Of a stretch of 64,000 bases of DNA, positions 36,862 through 49,023 are shown in pieces; position 1 is the stretch's first letter, and every line of letters starts with the position of its first letter. The stretch is taken from positions 1,117 through 65,116 of the forward strand of contig NIVC01002900.1 of the NCBI GenBank assembly GCA_002269645.1, in the 5' to 3' direction. The DNA is from Macrostomum lignano (lineage: Eukaryota). Below the pieces are notes generated by a model, which saw nothing but the letters and a program-made list of their open reading frames with translations, was not told the origin of the DNA and did not search any database. A program made the position numbers and the translations under genes.

Positions 36862-39536
36862 CAACAACAACAAGGTACTGCTCCTGCCGGCCAGGCAGTA
36901 GCCAGAAAGGGGGGAGCAGTCAGAAAGCGCGTCTCTTGGCCATTGCCCTCAGGAAGTCGCATCCCCCTGCTTGGTCTGGGGCGCCAGCATCACTCAGAAG
37001 TTGGTCAGGGTATCGCACCGTTCGCCCTTGGCCTCGCCTCCGTGGTCCCTGCAGCTTGAGCAGCAGCACGTCGTGTAGCGGCTCAGGACAGCGGGCCTCC
37101 GACCAGATGACATGGCCAGCCAGTCGAAGTCGCCGCCCGCGCAGCAGGTCAGAAGGCCGCGTCAGGCGCGCCCTAGTGTAGAGCGCGGCATTGGTCTCGC
37201 TGCCTGGGCCGCTGCGCACTCCAAAGCTGCACGCAGCATTGCCACATGTGCAGCGTCCAGCTGCCTCTCCAAGGCGTCCGTCAGGGTCCAAGTCTCGGCG
37301 TTGTACAACAGGACAGTCTCGACGACTGCCTGAAACAGCCGAGCCTTGAGCCCGTCGTCCAGGGCCTCAGATTGGAGCACGGAGTGCACAGATCGAAATG
37401 CGGCCCAGGCCAGTCCTCGTCGTCTCTTCAGGTCATCAGCAACGTCCGGCACGGAACCGCCAAGGTACACAAAGCGCTCGCAGCGGGTAAGCATAAATGC
37501 ATTCCCGGCAGCGTCTCGGTAATTGATCTCGGCCAGCAAGTCAGAGGGCACCGTGAACACTACCGTCTTCCGCGTGTTCAGCTTAAGGCCGACCCGCGAC
37601 GCTGCCGCCGTCAGGCCATCAAGCAGCCGCTGGGCACCTTCAGCCGTCGATGAAAGTAGCGCGAGGTCGTCTGCGTAGCCGAGAACGGAGAGCCGCTTCT
37701 CCGGGTGCCGCCGACTCGTGCGTCTTCTCAAAAGGAAGCCGTCATCCAGGTTGGGCAGGCCGGTTCTCAGCACCCAGTCCAGTGCCAGCACAAACAGAAA
37801 AGGCGCCAAAGTGTCACCCTGCAGCACGCCTGACGACGTGCTGAATTGGTCTGACAGTCCATCTGGCGTCATCACCGAAGCGGTCGTGTCCTGGTACATC
37901 GCCATGATGGCGGGAATCAGTTGCTCTGGTACATTGTACGCACGAAGCACGAGAGGCAGCGCGCCGCGAGCCAGCGAGTCGAAGGCCTTGAGGAAATCAA
38001 TAAAGATCACCACGAGACTTGACTGATGGATGCGCGCCTCCTCGATGATGCGGCGGAGGGCTAGGATCTGCGTCACTGTGCCGCGATGTGGGCGGAACCC
38101 GTTCTGCTCAGTTCGCAGGAACTGGTCCAGCACAGGCTGTAACCGAGCCAGCAGCACCCGGTTGAACAGCTTCGCGGCGCAGGACATAAGCAAGATCCCC
38201 CTGTGCTCCTCCTTCCGTGTCGTGCCTGGCTTCTTCGGGATCGCGACGATGTGCGCAGTTGTCCACTCGCGGGGCGCGGCATCTCCAGAAAGGACACCGT
38301 TCATCACACGAGCCACCTCAATGGCGACCCTTGTGACTCGCAGCACCTCGATAGGCACCTCGTCCGGTCCCGGGGTGCGACCTCCCGGCGCCTGGCGAGC
38401 GAACTGCACAACGTCGTTGCTGGTCACTGGCTGGGTGTTGAAATCTTCCTGCGACGGCAGCGCCGTCTCGAGCGGCAGTGGCATCACTTCTGGCAGAGGC
38501 GGTGGCGGCGCGTTGACGATATCGGCGAAGAAGTCGCGTAGCTCATTTCTGCGCGCTTCTGGCGTGTCGCCGGTCAAGTTTAGCACCGTTTTCTTCTTGC
38601 AACCAGTCAAGGCGTTGATTGTCGGCCATACGAGCCGATTCCGTTGGTCGAGCCCTGCGGAGGTGACGCTTCGGATGGCATCATCAACAGCGGCTTGCTG
38701 CTGCCTGACATAAACGTCTGACAGGGCTTTCTTGGCCTCTGCCGTCGGTCTCCTGGACCGTCGCAGCCTCTCGACTGTCCGCCTCGCCTCTTGAACCTCC
38801 TTGTCATCCGCCCAGACAGGGAGACTATGGGCTGCAGATTTCATCAGTGGCAGAGTTTTGCTCGCTGCCATCGCTACTGCCGCGCTAATTTCAGAGTAGT
38901 TACCGGTGCTCGCAGACTCTCCCAGTGTGGTGGCGAACGCGTACGCGAACCTGCTGCGGGTGCTAGAATCTCGCAGAGCCCGGAAATAGCGGCGTGGGGG
39001 TCGCTTGGGCGGCCTGTACAGCGGATCCCGGATGCGAAGGTTGCAGAAAAGCAGGCAGTGGTCGGATCGGATGGACAGTGGGGCCATCGTGTCGCAGTCT
39101 GTCACCCGACTGCGCTCGCGGTTACGAACAAGAATGTGGTCGAGCTGGGCCCGGCGCGTCGTGGCGTTTCGGCACGCATTCCGCTTTCTTTGCTTACAAC
39201 CAGCAAAAGTCGCCAAACGAAAAGCTGGCTTGCGGAAGCGCGTGTTCGCCGACACCAGATCTTGCCGTGACATAAGGTCCGCAAGCGCACTAGAGTTGCC
39301 ATTCTGGCGCGGGGACACGAACGGGGAGCGCTGGGACCTCTCCGCGACAGCGTTGAGATCGCTAAGCACCGCCAAAGTGTCACGCATTGCGACCGACTCG
39401 AGCTGCTCTGACAGGAAATCAAAGAACTGCGCCTCATGCTGACGGGCAGCTGTCGGTGCATACGCGCAGAACAGCCGGGCGTTACGGCCTCGCAGTCTCA
39501 CATCCACACGCAAAAGCCGAGGTGACACGGGGACAC
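36862..39536 (-). mobile_element. RTE-clade LINE, 5'-truncated within APE, RT nearly intact
   Basis: 788-aa ORF with APE C-part (LDHILV, SDHCLL) and RT (QNGFR, GVLQGDTLAPFLF, YADD); (TTG)n tail; TSD agtgccaa at 36854-36861 and 39537-39544. Confidence 0.93.
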
Positions 39537-40503
39537 AGTGCCAATAATAAAAAATTGAACCAATTAAACCAATTGATTGTGCAATCGATTTTAGTCAGTA
39601 TCAGTCTTAGTTAAAGTTAACAAAATGATTTCGCAATCTAAATCAAACCTCCAATACACAGTGGCAGTTAGAAGTTGAAGCCCCCAAATTTATCTATTGT
39701 GTCTCGCAAAAATAATTACAATCTCTGCAGAAAGTTTAAAGTATAGACATTGTTTTTCAAATGCTGTGCTTTTAGTTTTCATGCTTAAAGCAAGCAACTT
39801 ATATCAGCATTGAAAGATCTTTCCAGCAATATAAGTATCTTCTCTCAAAGTTTAAAACTCGAGGAACAGTTTGTGTGATATATATAAGTCCCGAATTTGA
39901 GTTGGCAGCCGTCTATGAGGAGATACGCATTAAACCTGACCAGTTGATCAATCCACTCAGCTTTAGATATAAGATTCCAATAGTGTTAGCCTTCAAATGA
40001 AATTTTAAGATCAAATGGACCCTTTGATAATTAATTTTCTATATATATTCATATGAAGTTTTCTATTATTGTTGACCAACTTTTTTATGTTTTAGACTAA
40101 TAAGCTAAAAAAACCTACTCTAAGTTGCAAACTGTAATATATAAATTATACTTTGTTATAACTATATAAACAATGTCTAAACTCTAGTAAAGACAAACCT
40201 AACAAGATGAATTTGAGAGTTTATTGTCCAAAGCTTTCCTTTTTCAAATAAAAAATGTATTAACTTCATCCTAAGCTTAAGCTTAATCATGTAATCCATT
40301 GTTTCAAGCTAAATAAACTGCTTGTCCAATAATAAAACAATTGTGACATTAGCAGCAGCCTACTCTTATCTAATAGCTGCAACATGCTTTAAAGTTGGTG
40401 CAAAATTGTGCATATATTGTAACTAGGCTTTGTATACAAGCCATTATAATGGCAAATCCATATTTCCGAATATCTGCCACTGACTCATTCTTGCAGCCAG
40501 AGA

Positions 40504-43500
40504 ATGCCACCCAAGAAGAGGCAGTCAACATCCAAGCCAAAGGCTGCTGGCAGCAAGCGGGCAAAGCTGGATGAGGCTGCATCAGAGAGTTCAGCTGGCA
40601 AGGAAAAGAAGCCTGCCAAGGCTGCTGCTAAGAAGGAATCGGATGCACCTGCAGCTGCGGCTGCTCCCAGCACTGCTGCAGCTCCCAGCACTTCAGCCAC
40701 ATCGCTGGAATGCCCCGCTGCTAAGGACGCTGAAGGCCGGCCCTGGAGCCTGAAGCTGGCCTCCTGGAATATCAATGGCCTGCGCGCCTGGCTGAAGAAC
40801 AATGGCACTCGTTATCTGCTGGAGGAGGCGCCCTTCATCATTGGAGTCCAGGTGCGAATCTTAGCATTGATTTGTTCTAGTTGGATTATCCCCATTTGAC
40901 CCAGTTTGCTTTTCAATGGAATAGAATATCCCATGTAGCAATTCTAATGGATTATCTTCATTGATGCGGTTGGATTATCCTGTGTAGATGCCATGGCGAC
41001 TTGATTATCACAAGTTATCCCATTGGATTATCCCATCGATACAGATTGGATTATCACAAGTTATCTGTGATGCTCTGCTGGCAACTCTAGTGCTTGATAA
41101 ATAACGAAGCTCGTATCTTGCTTTGCTTGTTTATTTGGCTTTAGGACCACATTAATGCTAGCGGGGCTTGTAACAAGATTATGAAGCTAGGACTCTTATA
41201 TATTAGGAAGGGATGAGGGAGGCGGCTTTTGGGCGCAGCGGCCATAGACTATTGTGAAGTGGCTCATGCACTGTCGTCAGAACGTGGACTCTTCTCCAAA
41301 GACTTAGAGCAGCGTTAATGCTGATGCACTTTATTGTTTTCTATATTGCCTTAAGGCTCAAACATGCTTTTAGGAAACAAACAAGAGAGCGGTGCTCTAA
41401 AATATACGAATGCCTGTAGAGAGATAGGACATAGACAAAAAGCGAAACTTGAAGGGAACGAGAGAGTCAGTAAGAGAATTAATAGTAGTACATCAATGCG
41501 CGCGTTGATAGGAGGCATTCTCTCAATGCACAACATGCCCCTTCTTCAGAAGCTGCTTACAACCATGACCTATATGTATGGGTTATATCAATAAAGTATA
41601 AAATTTCATGAGTAACTTTTAGAGTGGGGAAACATATCTTATTCAGTTCATTGTTAACAGGCAAGGTAGTTATTGTTCACTGCAACTCATGAGAATGCTA
41701 TGGGGTGAATCTCTCGGGAGGTCGACGGTCTCGCAAACTTCGTCTCAGTTGGGCCTGCTGTTGGTCATCGGGCGGCACGTCTGCATTGGATGTGGGAACA
41801 GCATCTTCATCATCGTCATCGGCGTCTGAAGGCTGGTTTTGAGGCGCCAGCTGATTAGTGCTAGCTAACTGCAACCGACTGTCAGCGAGAACCCACGCCG
41901 TGTTCCTGCCTGCAGTCATCACAAAGGTCGCGGGGGTGCCTGACGACGATTCATGTGGTTTGTAGTGGACCGTCTCCCCCTGAACGAAAGGTGAAACTAC
42001 GGGCACGCGCAATCGTCTGCCAAAGACCAATTCCGCCGGGCATTTACCTCGGGACATGGACGAATTGCGATGGTGGAAAAGTATCTTCTGAAGGAAGCGG
42101 AGAAACTCCATGTGGGTGACGCGCTCGGTCCACGCTCTCAACGCCGTCTTGACAGTACGAACTGCCCGCTCCGCCGATCCATTTGCCTGAGGGTAGTACG
42201 GAGGTGACTCCAATTTCCGAACGCCGTTGGCGCGTAGGAATGAGGATAGGGGATCACCAGTAAACTCAGGTGCGTTGTCCGACACAAGTAGTTCGGGTAC
42301 ACCAAATCGAGAAAACACGGTAATTAGGGACCGAACAACGCTATCTCCTGATCTGTCACGCGACGGAAAAGCTTCTATCCATCCTGAAAACGTATCGACG
42401 ACAATTAGGATATTTCCAATGTCCTTTACATACGCCCAATCGATGTGGATCCGCTGGAAAGGAAAAGTAGATGCTGGCCAAGTGTCTCTTTCTTTGAGCA
42501 GTCGCGGTCGTAGCTGATTGCATCCAGAACATCGACGCACAAATTGTTCAACATCAAGCCGCATCCACATTAATGCTAGCGGGGCTTGTAACAAGATTAT
42601 GAAGCTAGGACTCTTATATATTAGGAAGGGATGAGGGAGGCGGCTTTTGGGCGCAGCGGCCATAGACTATTGCACGAGCGTATGTCATGTCTCCCTCCAG
42701 AAAGAAAGAGTTGAACTGTCTCCGAACAATGTAAACTTTATGTCAGGAACTCAACAGATAACTAATTCAAATTCAGCGTGTCAGATTTCAATTTGGTTAC
42801 TCGTAATGTGTAGCTAATGCGGTTTTTTAGCAGTCACGAGGAGTAGCGGTCTGGTTGGCGACGCATCCGGGTGCTACGGCGAATTCCACCTGCTTCTTGT
42901 TCTTGCGCGCCTTGGGTCGAATTGTCGCTGGGGTTCCCTGCCTCCGTGTTTGCGGGATCTCCTGCTATTGATACTTCATCGTCGTGTGGCAGTGGAGCAA
43001 GTTGGTTGTCGCTTGCCAAACGCAGTTCGCTCCCGTCCAACACGAAGGCCGTGTTGCGGCCTCGGTTCATCACGTATTCGACAGTGGAGGGTGGAACGTC
43101 CGAAGTTGGCTGATACAGAACGCGCTCGCCGTGGTTGAACGTGGAGACTACAGGAGCGCGTAGTTGGCGTCCGAAAACAATCTCAGCTGGCGTCTTGCCC
43201 CTACACGTGGATGAGTTTGGGTGATGAAACAGCAATCGCTGTAGATAGGGAACAAATTCAGCGTGTGTGGTTCGTTCGTTCCAGGCCCGCAGAGCTCGTT
43301 TGACTGTCTGGACTGCTCGCTCAGCCGATCCATTGGCCTGGGGATAATAAGTTGGGGATTCCATCTTCTTTATGCCATTTTGGTGCAGCCAGCTCCTCAG
43401 TGAATCGCTGACGAACTCCAGAGCATTGTCCGAAACTAAAAGTTCAGGCACGCCAAAGCGTGTGAAAACAGTTCTGAGGCATTTAATGATCTGATCTGTG

Positions 43501-46500
43501 GATCGATCTTTACAGGGAAAGGCCTCGATCCAACCAGAGTGAGAGTCGACTGCTATCAGGATGTTTCCAACATTCTTTACGTACGCCCAGTCAACGTGAA
43601 GCTTTTAAAACCGGTTTTCAGTCGATGGCCAGGTGTCTTTGGTCTTCCTCAATCTGGGCCGCAGCCTGTTGCATACATCACACTGGCTGACAAATCGCTC
43701 GATGTCAGCGCGCATTCCAGGCCACCAGCAGGACAAGCTCATGAAGTTGAGTGTCGCCAGAGACCCAGAGTGAGTGTCATGCGCTGCACGAAAAGCTTCT
43801 TTCCGCAGTCTTGGCGGAATGTAGACCTGGCGACCCTTGAACAGTAAGCCGTCCTCGATAGTTAGGCATTGCGATACGGCCTGGAATGGTTTCTCAGCCT
43901 GAGAACAGCCAGCCCAGTTTCCCGAGCGAATTCGGTGCATCACTTTTTTGATGAGCTCATCCAACTCTAGCTCTGCGGCAACCCGGTTCTTGGGAATGAC
44001 AGACGGCTCGAAGGCAACGCAATCAATGGCTTCGCAGACTTCCGCCGAATCGTTAGATGAGTCAGTGAAGCGTAGGCGAGAAAGCGCATCGGCATGTGGA
44101 ATCTTCTCTCCTGGTATATAGCGTATGGTGTAGTCAAGGTGCATCATCGCGAGTACCCATCTGCTAATGCGAGCGGAGGTGTTCAGTGGCACCCCGCGAG
44201 ACTGGCCGAAGAGCTGTTCGAGAGGCTTATGATCCGTCTGTATTGTAAAGTGGCGGCCCAGTTAATAGTGCTTCAGCCGGCTGACTGCCCAAAAAACGGC
44301 AAGGGCTTCTCGCTCTATGTTCGAATAGTTTTGTTCGGCAGTAGAAAGACACCGAGAAATATAGATCACAGGATGGCCATCTTGCGTGACCACTCCTGCA
44401 AGCGCTCCCTTGGAGGCATCTGTGGTAAGAGTGAGTTCCTTTTCTAATGAGTATGGCTGGACTATGGGTTGAGAGGCAATCTCCGTCTTGAGTTGTCTGA
44501 AGGCTCGGTCACACTCAGCTGTCCACTGAAAGTTGGCATCCGCTCTGCGCAGTCGATTTAGCGGCTGGTTCTTTCCAGAGAAATTGGGTACTAGCCTTCC
44601 AAAGAAGTTTATTAGACCAACAAATCGTTCCAGCTCCTTCTTGTCTTTGGGTTGTGCGATGCTGCGGATTTTCTCAACCAATCGATCATCGAGTTGGATG
44701 CCAGCAGCAGAAATTTTAAATCCCAGAAATGATATTTCATCAGTCGCCTCGATGCATTTGCTTTCGTTGATGGTGACATGCTTTTCTGCCAGCCTAGTCT
44801 TCACAGCACAAAGTCTTTTCTGTAGTGAATCACTGTTTTCGGCGAAAACTAATACGTCGTCTTGGTAGATGAGAACGCCCTTTAGGTCTGACAGAATACT
44901 TTCCATCGCGCGCTGAAAAATAAAAGATGCATTCTTCATCCCCATCTGAAATCTTTTCACGCGAAATAATCCTTTGGATGTGTTAATTATTGAGAGATCC
45001 TGAGCAGCCTCGTCCAATTCGATCTGCCAATAGGCCGACCTCAGGTCTACTTTGGCGAACGTCTTGGCGTTTTTTAGTTTGGAAAATAGGTGCTCCACGC
45101 TAGGGATGGGATAGTCCTCTGACTTGATCTTTACGTTGACATGAACGCTGTAGTCAGCGCACATCCTTAGGGTTCCATCTTTCTTTTTGACCCAGACGAC
45201 AGGAGAAGCATTGCTCACCGGGCCGTCAACTGGTTCTATCACGCCCAACTGCTGCAGCCTGTCCAATTCAGCGTTGATGGAGGATTCCAGGGCAACAGGC
45301 ACAGGACGCGCATGGCAAAACCTCGGAGTGGCATCAGCGATAGTCTCCATTTTGGCCTTGATGCCTTTAATCACGGGTAGGGCATCCACGCTGTTACCGA
45401 TGCTAGTGGAGCATGTGCTGTGGACTTGCGCTGAGTCCAATAAGTCACGGTCTAACAGACCGAATGTCTTAGAGGCCTGTACAATGATTAGTTCAGCAGG
45501 GTGAAACTTGCCGCGAAGCTCAATGGCGGTTGATAACTTGCCGAGGACTTTAAGTGTGTGGCCATCGTAGGCTTGAAGACGGCGATGACACTTCTGGAGG
45601 GCTGGGCGGCGGAGTGACTCTTAGAGAGTGCTTGAAATGACGCTCACCGCAGCACCGGTGTCTACTTGCATTGGGATTTGAGCACCATTGATGACTATGT
45701 TTTCCAGTGTCGAGTCGATAGCGTGAATCGTGTCCGCGTCCCCAAGGTGAAGAAGGGACGTGGTATCTGGTTGCGGCGTGTCTGCGTTTGAGAGCTCCTC
45801 GACGTTGTGGAGCTGGCGTGGTCGGGAGGATCGACATACCGATGCAAAGTTGGTTTGGTTTTGAGCATTTGCTGCAGGTTTTTTCAAACGCTGGGCACTT
45901 TCCAGCAACATGGACTTGACCGCAGTAACCACACTGTCCAGTGCGTGGTCCAATCTTGCGCGGAGTGGTAAAGTTGTTCTTTGTAGCCAAAGAGCCATGG
46001 TGAATCTCCGGAACAGTTTCCTTTGGTGGGGAGGTCGTGAACGGCGTGGAGGCTTGTTTATACACGAACTCTTTCACTTGCTTGATCTGGGCAACAAAAT
46101 CTACGATTTCCTCGACCGACAGCTCCTTGATCTGCATAGCTTCTAGAACTTTTTGCTGTGTTGTGGGACAGTGCATGCCAGCGACTAACGCCAGTTGAAT
46201 CATGACCTCTTCTGGGCTTTCTGCCTCTTTCAGCGAATCGAATTTGCAATGTTGGGCGGCCTTTCTTAGGCGCGAGAGGTAATCCGGAAGAGACTCGTCG
46301 TGCTGTTGCCGGATGGTGTAGAAGCGAGTTCGCTGGGCAATGGTGATGCGCGTCTTTGGTTGAAGGTAACTTTGAATGGCGGCCTCGATTGCAGAAAACT
46401 CCAATTCGTCGATCTTCTTTTGGGCCACCAGAGATGTTAGCTTTTCAAGTGCTGGCAATCCGCATAGTGCTAGAAAGTTATCCGCAATTTCTCTGTTGGT

Positions 46501-48631
46501 GCCTTCATCTTTCCATTTCTTGGCTCGAGCGAGCGCACGGAATGCTGTTAGCCACGTCAGGGCGCGCTCAGGTTCTGAAAGTTCGATGCGTCCAAGTGCT
46601 TGCGACGCCATTGTGATGCTCAGCTGGCAACTCTAGTGCTTGATGAATAACGAAGCTCGTATCTTGCTTTGCTTGTTTATTTGGCTTTAGGACCACATTA
46701 ATGCTAGCGGGGCTTGTAACAAGATTATGAAGCTAGGACTCTTATATATTAGGAAGGGATGAGGGAGGCGGCATTTGGGCGCAGCGGCCATAGACTATTG
46801 CACGAGTGTATGTCATTATCCCATTGGATTATCCCATCGATACAGATTGGATTATCACAAGTTATCCCATTGGATTATCCCATCGATACAGATTCGATTA
46901 TCACAAGTTATCCCATTGGATTATCCCATCGATACAGATTCGATTATCACAAGTTATCCCATTGGATTATCCCATCGATACAGATAGGATTATCACAAGT
47001 TATCCCATAGGATCTCATAGGATCATAGGATACAGACCCTATTGGATTATCAAGATATCACAAGTTATTCGATAAGATAATTGCATTAATACCGTAAATC
47101 CTAATCCATAATCCCACTGCCCCCTGGCCGGGTCATCCCAGGAGATCAAGTGCCCCTCGGCCAAGGTGCCCCCGGAAGCCAGCATTCCCGGCTACCACGC
47201 GCTGTTCAGCTCGGCGGACAAGGACGGCTACGCGGGCACGGGCATCTACAGCCGCGACAAGCCGCTGTCCGTCAAGGAGGGCATCGGTGCCGCTAAGCAC
47301 GACAGCGAAGGCCGGGTGATCACGGCAGAGTTCGAGAAGTTCTACTTTGTGACCGCCTACGTACCGAACAGCGGGCGCCAGCTGGCCAGGCTAAAGTACA
47401 GAGTGTCCGAATGGGACAAAGACTTTGCCGCCTACCTGCGCGGCCTGGACGCCGTCAAACCGGTGATTGTCTGCGGCGACCTCAACGTTGCGCACCTGGA
47501 GATCGACCTGGCCAATCCCAAGACCAACCAGCGCACGGCGGGTGAGGAAGCTGCGGCTTGGCTGAAGGACAGTCAGCATTAGGCACAGATGGAGACAGGG
47601 AGGCTGGATTGGTGGGCGGAGCCTGGTTGCTGGAGGGCAGCACTGATAAACATGGCGAGTTACCTAATCTGGTGTATAAGGCACACAGAAAGGACTTGAA
47701 CTATTATAGGGGTGATTTGGGCAGTAAGATATCGATATGCTAAAATAGATGGGGTTTGTGAGGCAGAAAGATGAGGTAGACAGGGAGGGAGAAGGTGAGA
47801 TAGTGTCGTGGTGAGGTGGCCAGAAGATGATCAGGTAGGTAGACAGGAGATAGTGAGGTAGGCAGGAGATGGTGAGGTAGGCAGGAGATGGTGAGGTAGG
47901 CAGGAGATGGTGAGGTAGGCAGGAGATAGTGAGGTAGACAGAAGATAGTGAAGTAGGCAGGAGATGGTGAGGTAGGCAGGAGATGGTGAGGTAGACAGGA
48001 GATAGTGAGGTAGGCAGGAGATGGTGAGGTAGACAGGAGATAGTGAGGTAGGCAGGAGATGGTGAGGTAGGCAGGAGATAGTGAGGTAGACAGGAGATGG
48101 TGAGGTAGACAGGAGATAGTGAGGTAGGCAGGAGATGGTGAGGTAGGCAGGAGATAGTGAGGTAGGCAGGAGATGGTGAGGTAGGCAGGAGATAGTGAGG
48201 TAGACAGAAGATAGTGAAGTAGGCAGGAGATGGTGAGGTAGGCAGGAGATGGTGAGGTAGACAGGAGATGGTGAGGTAGGCAGGAGATGGTGAGGTAGGC
48301 AGGAGATGGTGAGGTAGGCAGGAGATGGTGAGGGACTCAAATGATAAATTGGCAACTCCCCGCAGGCTTCACCAAGGAGGAGCGGGACAGCTTCTCGTCC
48401 ATGCTGAGCTCCCTCGACCTGGTGGACACGTTCCGGCAGGTGCACCCGGACCAGACCAAGGCGTACACCTTCTGGTCCTACATGCGCAACGCCAGGGCGC
48501 AGAACATCGGCTGGCGGCTGGACTACTTCCTGGTGTCCAAGCGGCTGGCCGGCCGAGTCTGTGACAGCCTCATCCGGTCAAGCGTGATGGGCAGCGACCA
48601 CTGCCCCATTGTGCTGCTGCTGAGCCTGTGA
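40504..48631 (+). CDS. APEX1: DNA-(apurinic/apyrimidinic site) endonuclease 1; exons 40504-40851, 47142-47541, 48366-48631 (337 aa)
   Basis: SWNINGLRAW, Q|EIKC, GYAGTG, YVPNS, GDLNVAH, DTFR, YTFWSY, WRLDYF, GSDHCP; GT-AG junctions with consistent phases; total 1014 nt. Confidence 0.95.
41066..46815 (-). mobile_element. Full-length Mag-like Ty3/Gypsy LTR retrotransposon in APEX1 intron 1
   Basis: 204-bp TG...CA LTR at 46612-46815; 3' LTR split (41066-41252 and 42565-42687); 5-bp TSD ttatc; PPT ggagggagaga; gag with CGYC...H...C knuckle, protease DTGA, RT YQDD, RNase H, integrase; frameshifted. Confidence 0.93.
41253..42564 (-). mobile_element. 3' fragment (integrase + PPT + 283-bp LTR) of a second Mag-like element, inside the LTR of the first
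   Basis: Integrase RIHIDWA...VVDTFS...SDNAPEF...NGSAERAV; PPT gaagaagggg; LTR TGTTGTG...TTCACA at 41253-41535. Confidence 0.88.
47860..48330. repeat. 19-bp minisatellite (gtgaggtaggcaggagat[ga]) in APEX1 intron 2
   Basis: About 24 tandem units. Confidence 0.96.
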
Positions 48632-49023
48632 CCTGCCGGGAACTGCTGGCTGCCCAGCAATGCATTTCACTTAATTTACTGCTAATCAGTTGTAGCTTTT
48701 TTCGAGCTTGTAGCGTCGAAACTTCTATTGTTATTATTGTATGTGCTTTTAAACTTGACTCTCCGCATAGCAACTAACAATTCGAGTTCCGGTCTATTTT
48801 TATAACCATTTTCTCTTCATTTTCTAGTTTAAGTTCTCTGGTTGTTTTTACAAGAATAAATAATTAAAAAACCGGAAATTCCTTCGGCTTGGCGCCGCCG
48901 CTTGTTGTGCCAATTTCTGTACTTTTGGCCTTCTATTTCTCATCTGCTGAATCATATTTAAGCACTAATATTCAAATTTACAACACCGCAGCTCTGGAAC
49001 TCGATTTCCCAATCCCACTTCAG

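Larger units (their letters stand above)
40940..47075. repeat. ~45-bp minisatellite (cccattggattatcccatcgatacagattcgattatcacaagttat) split by the LTR element: 40940-41065 and 46816-47075
   Basis: Same unit on both sides of the insertion. Confidence 0.9.
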
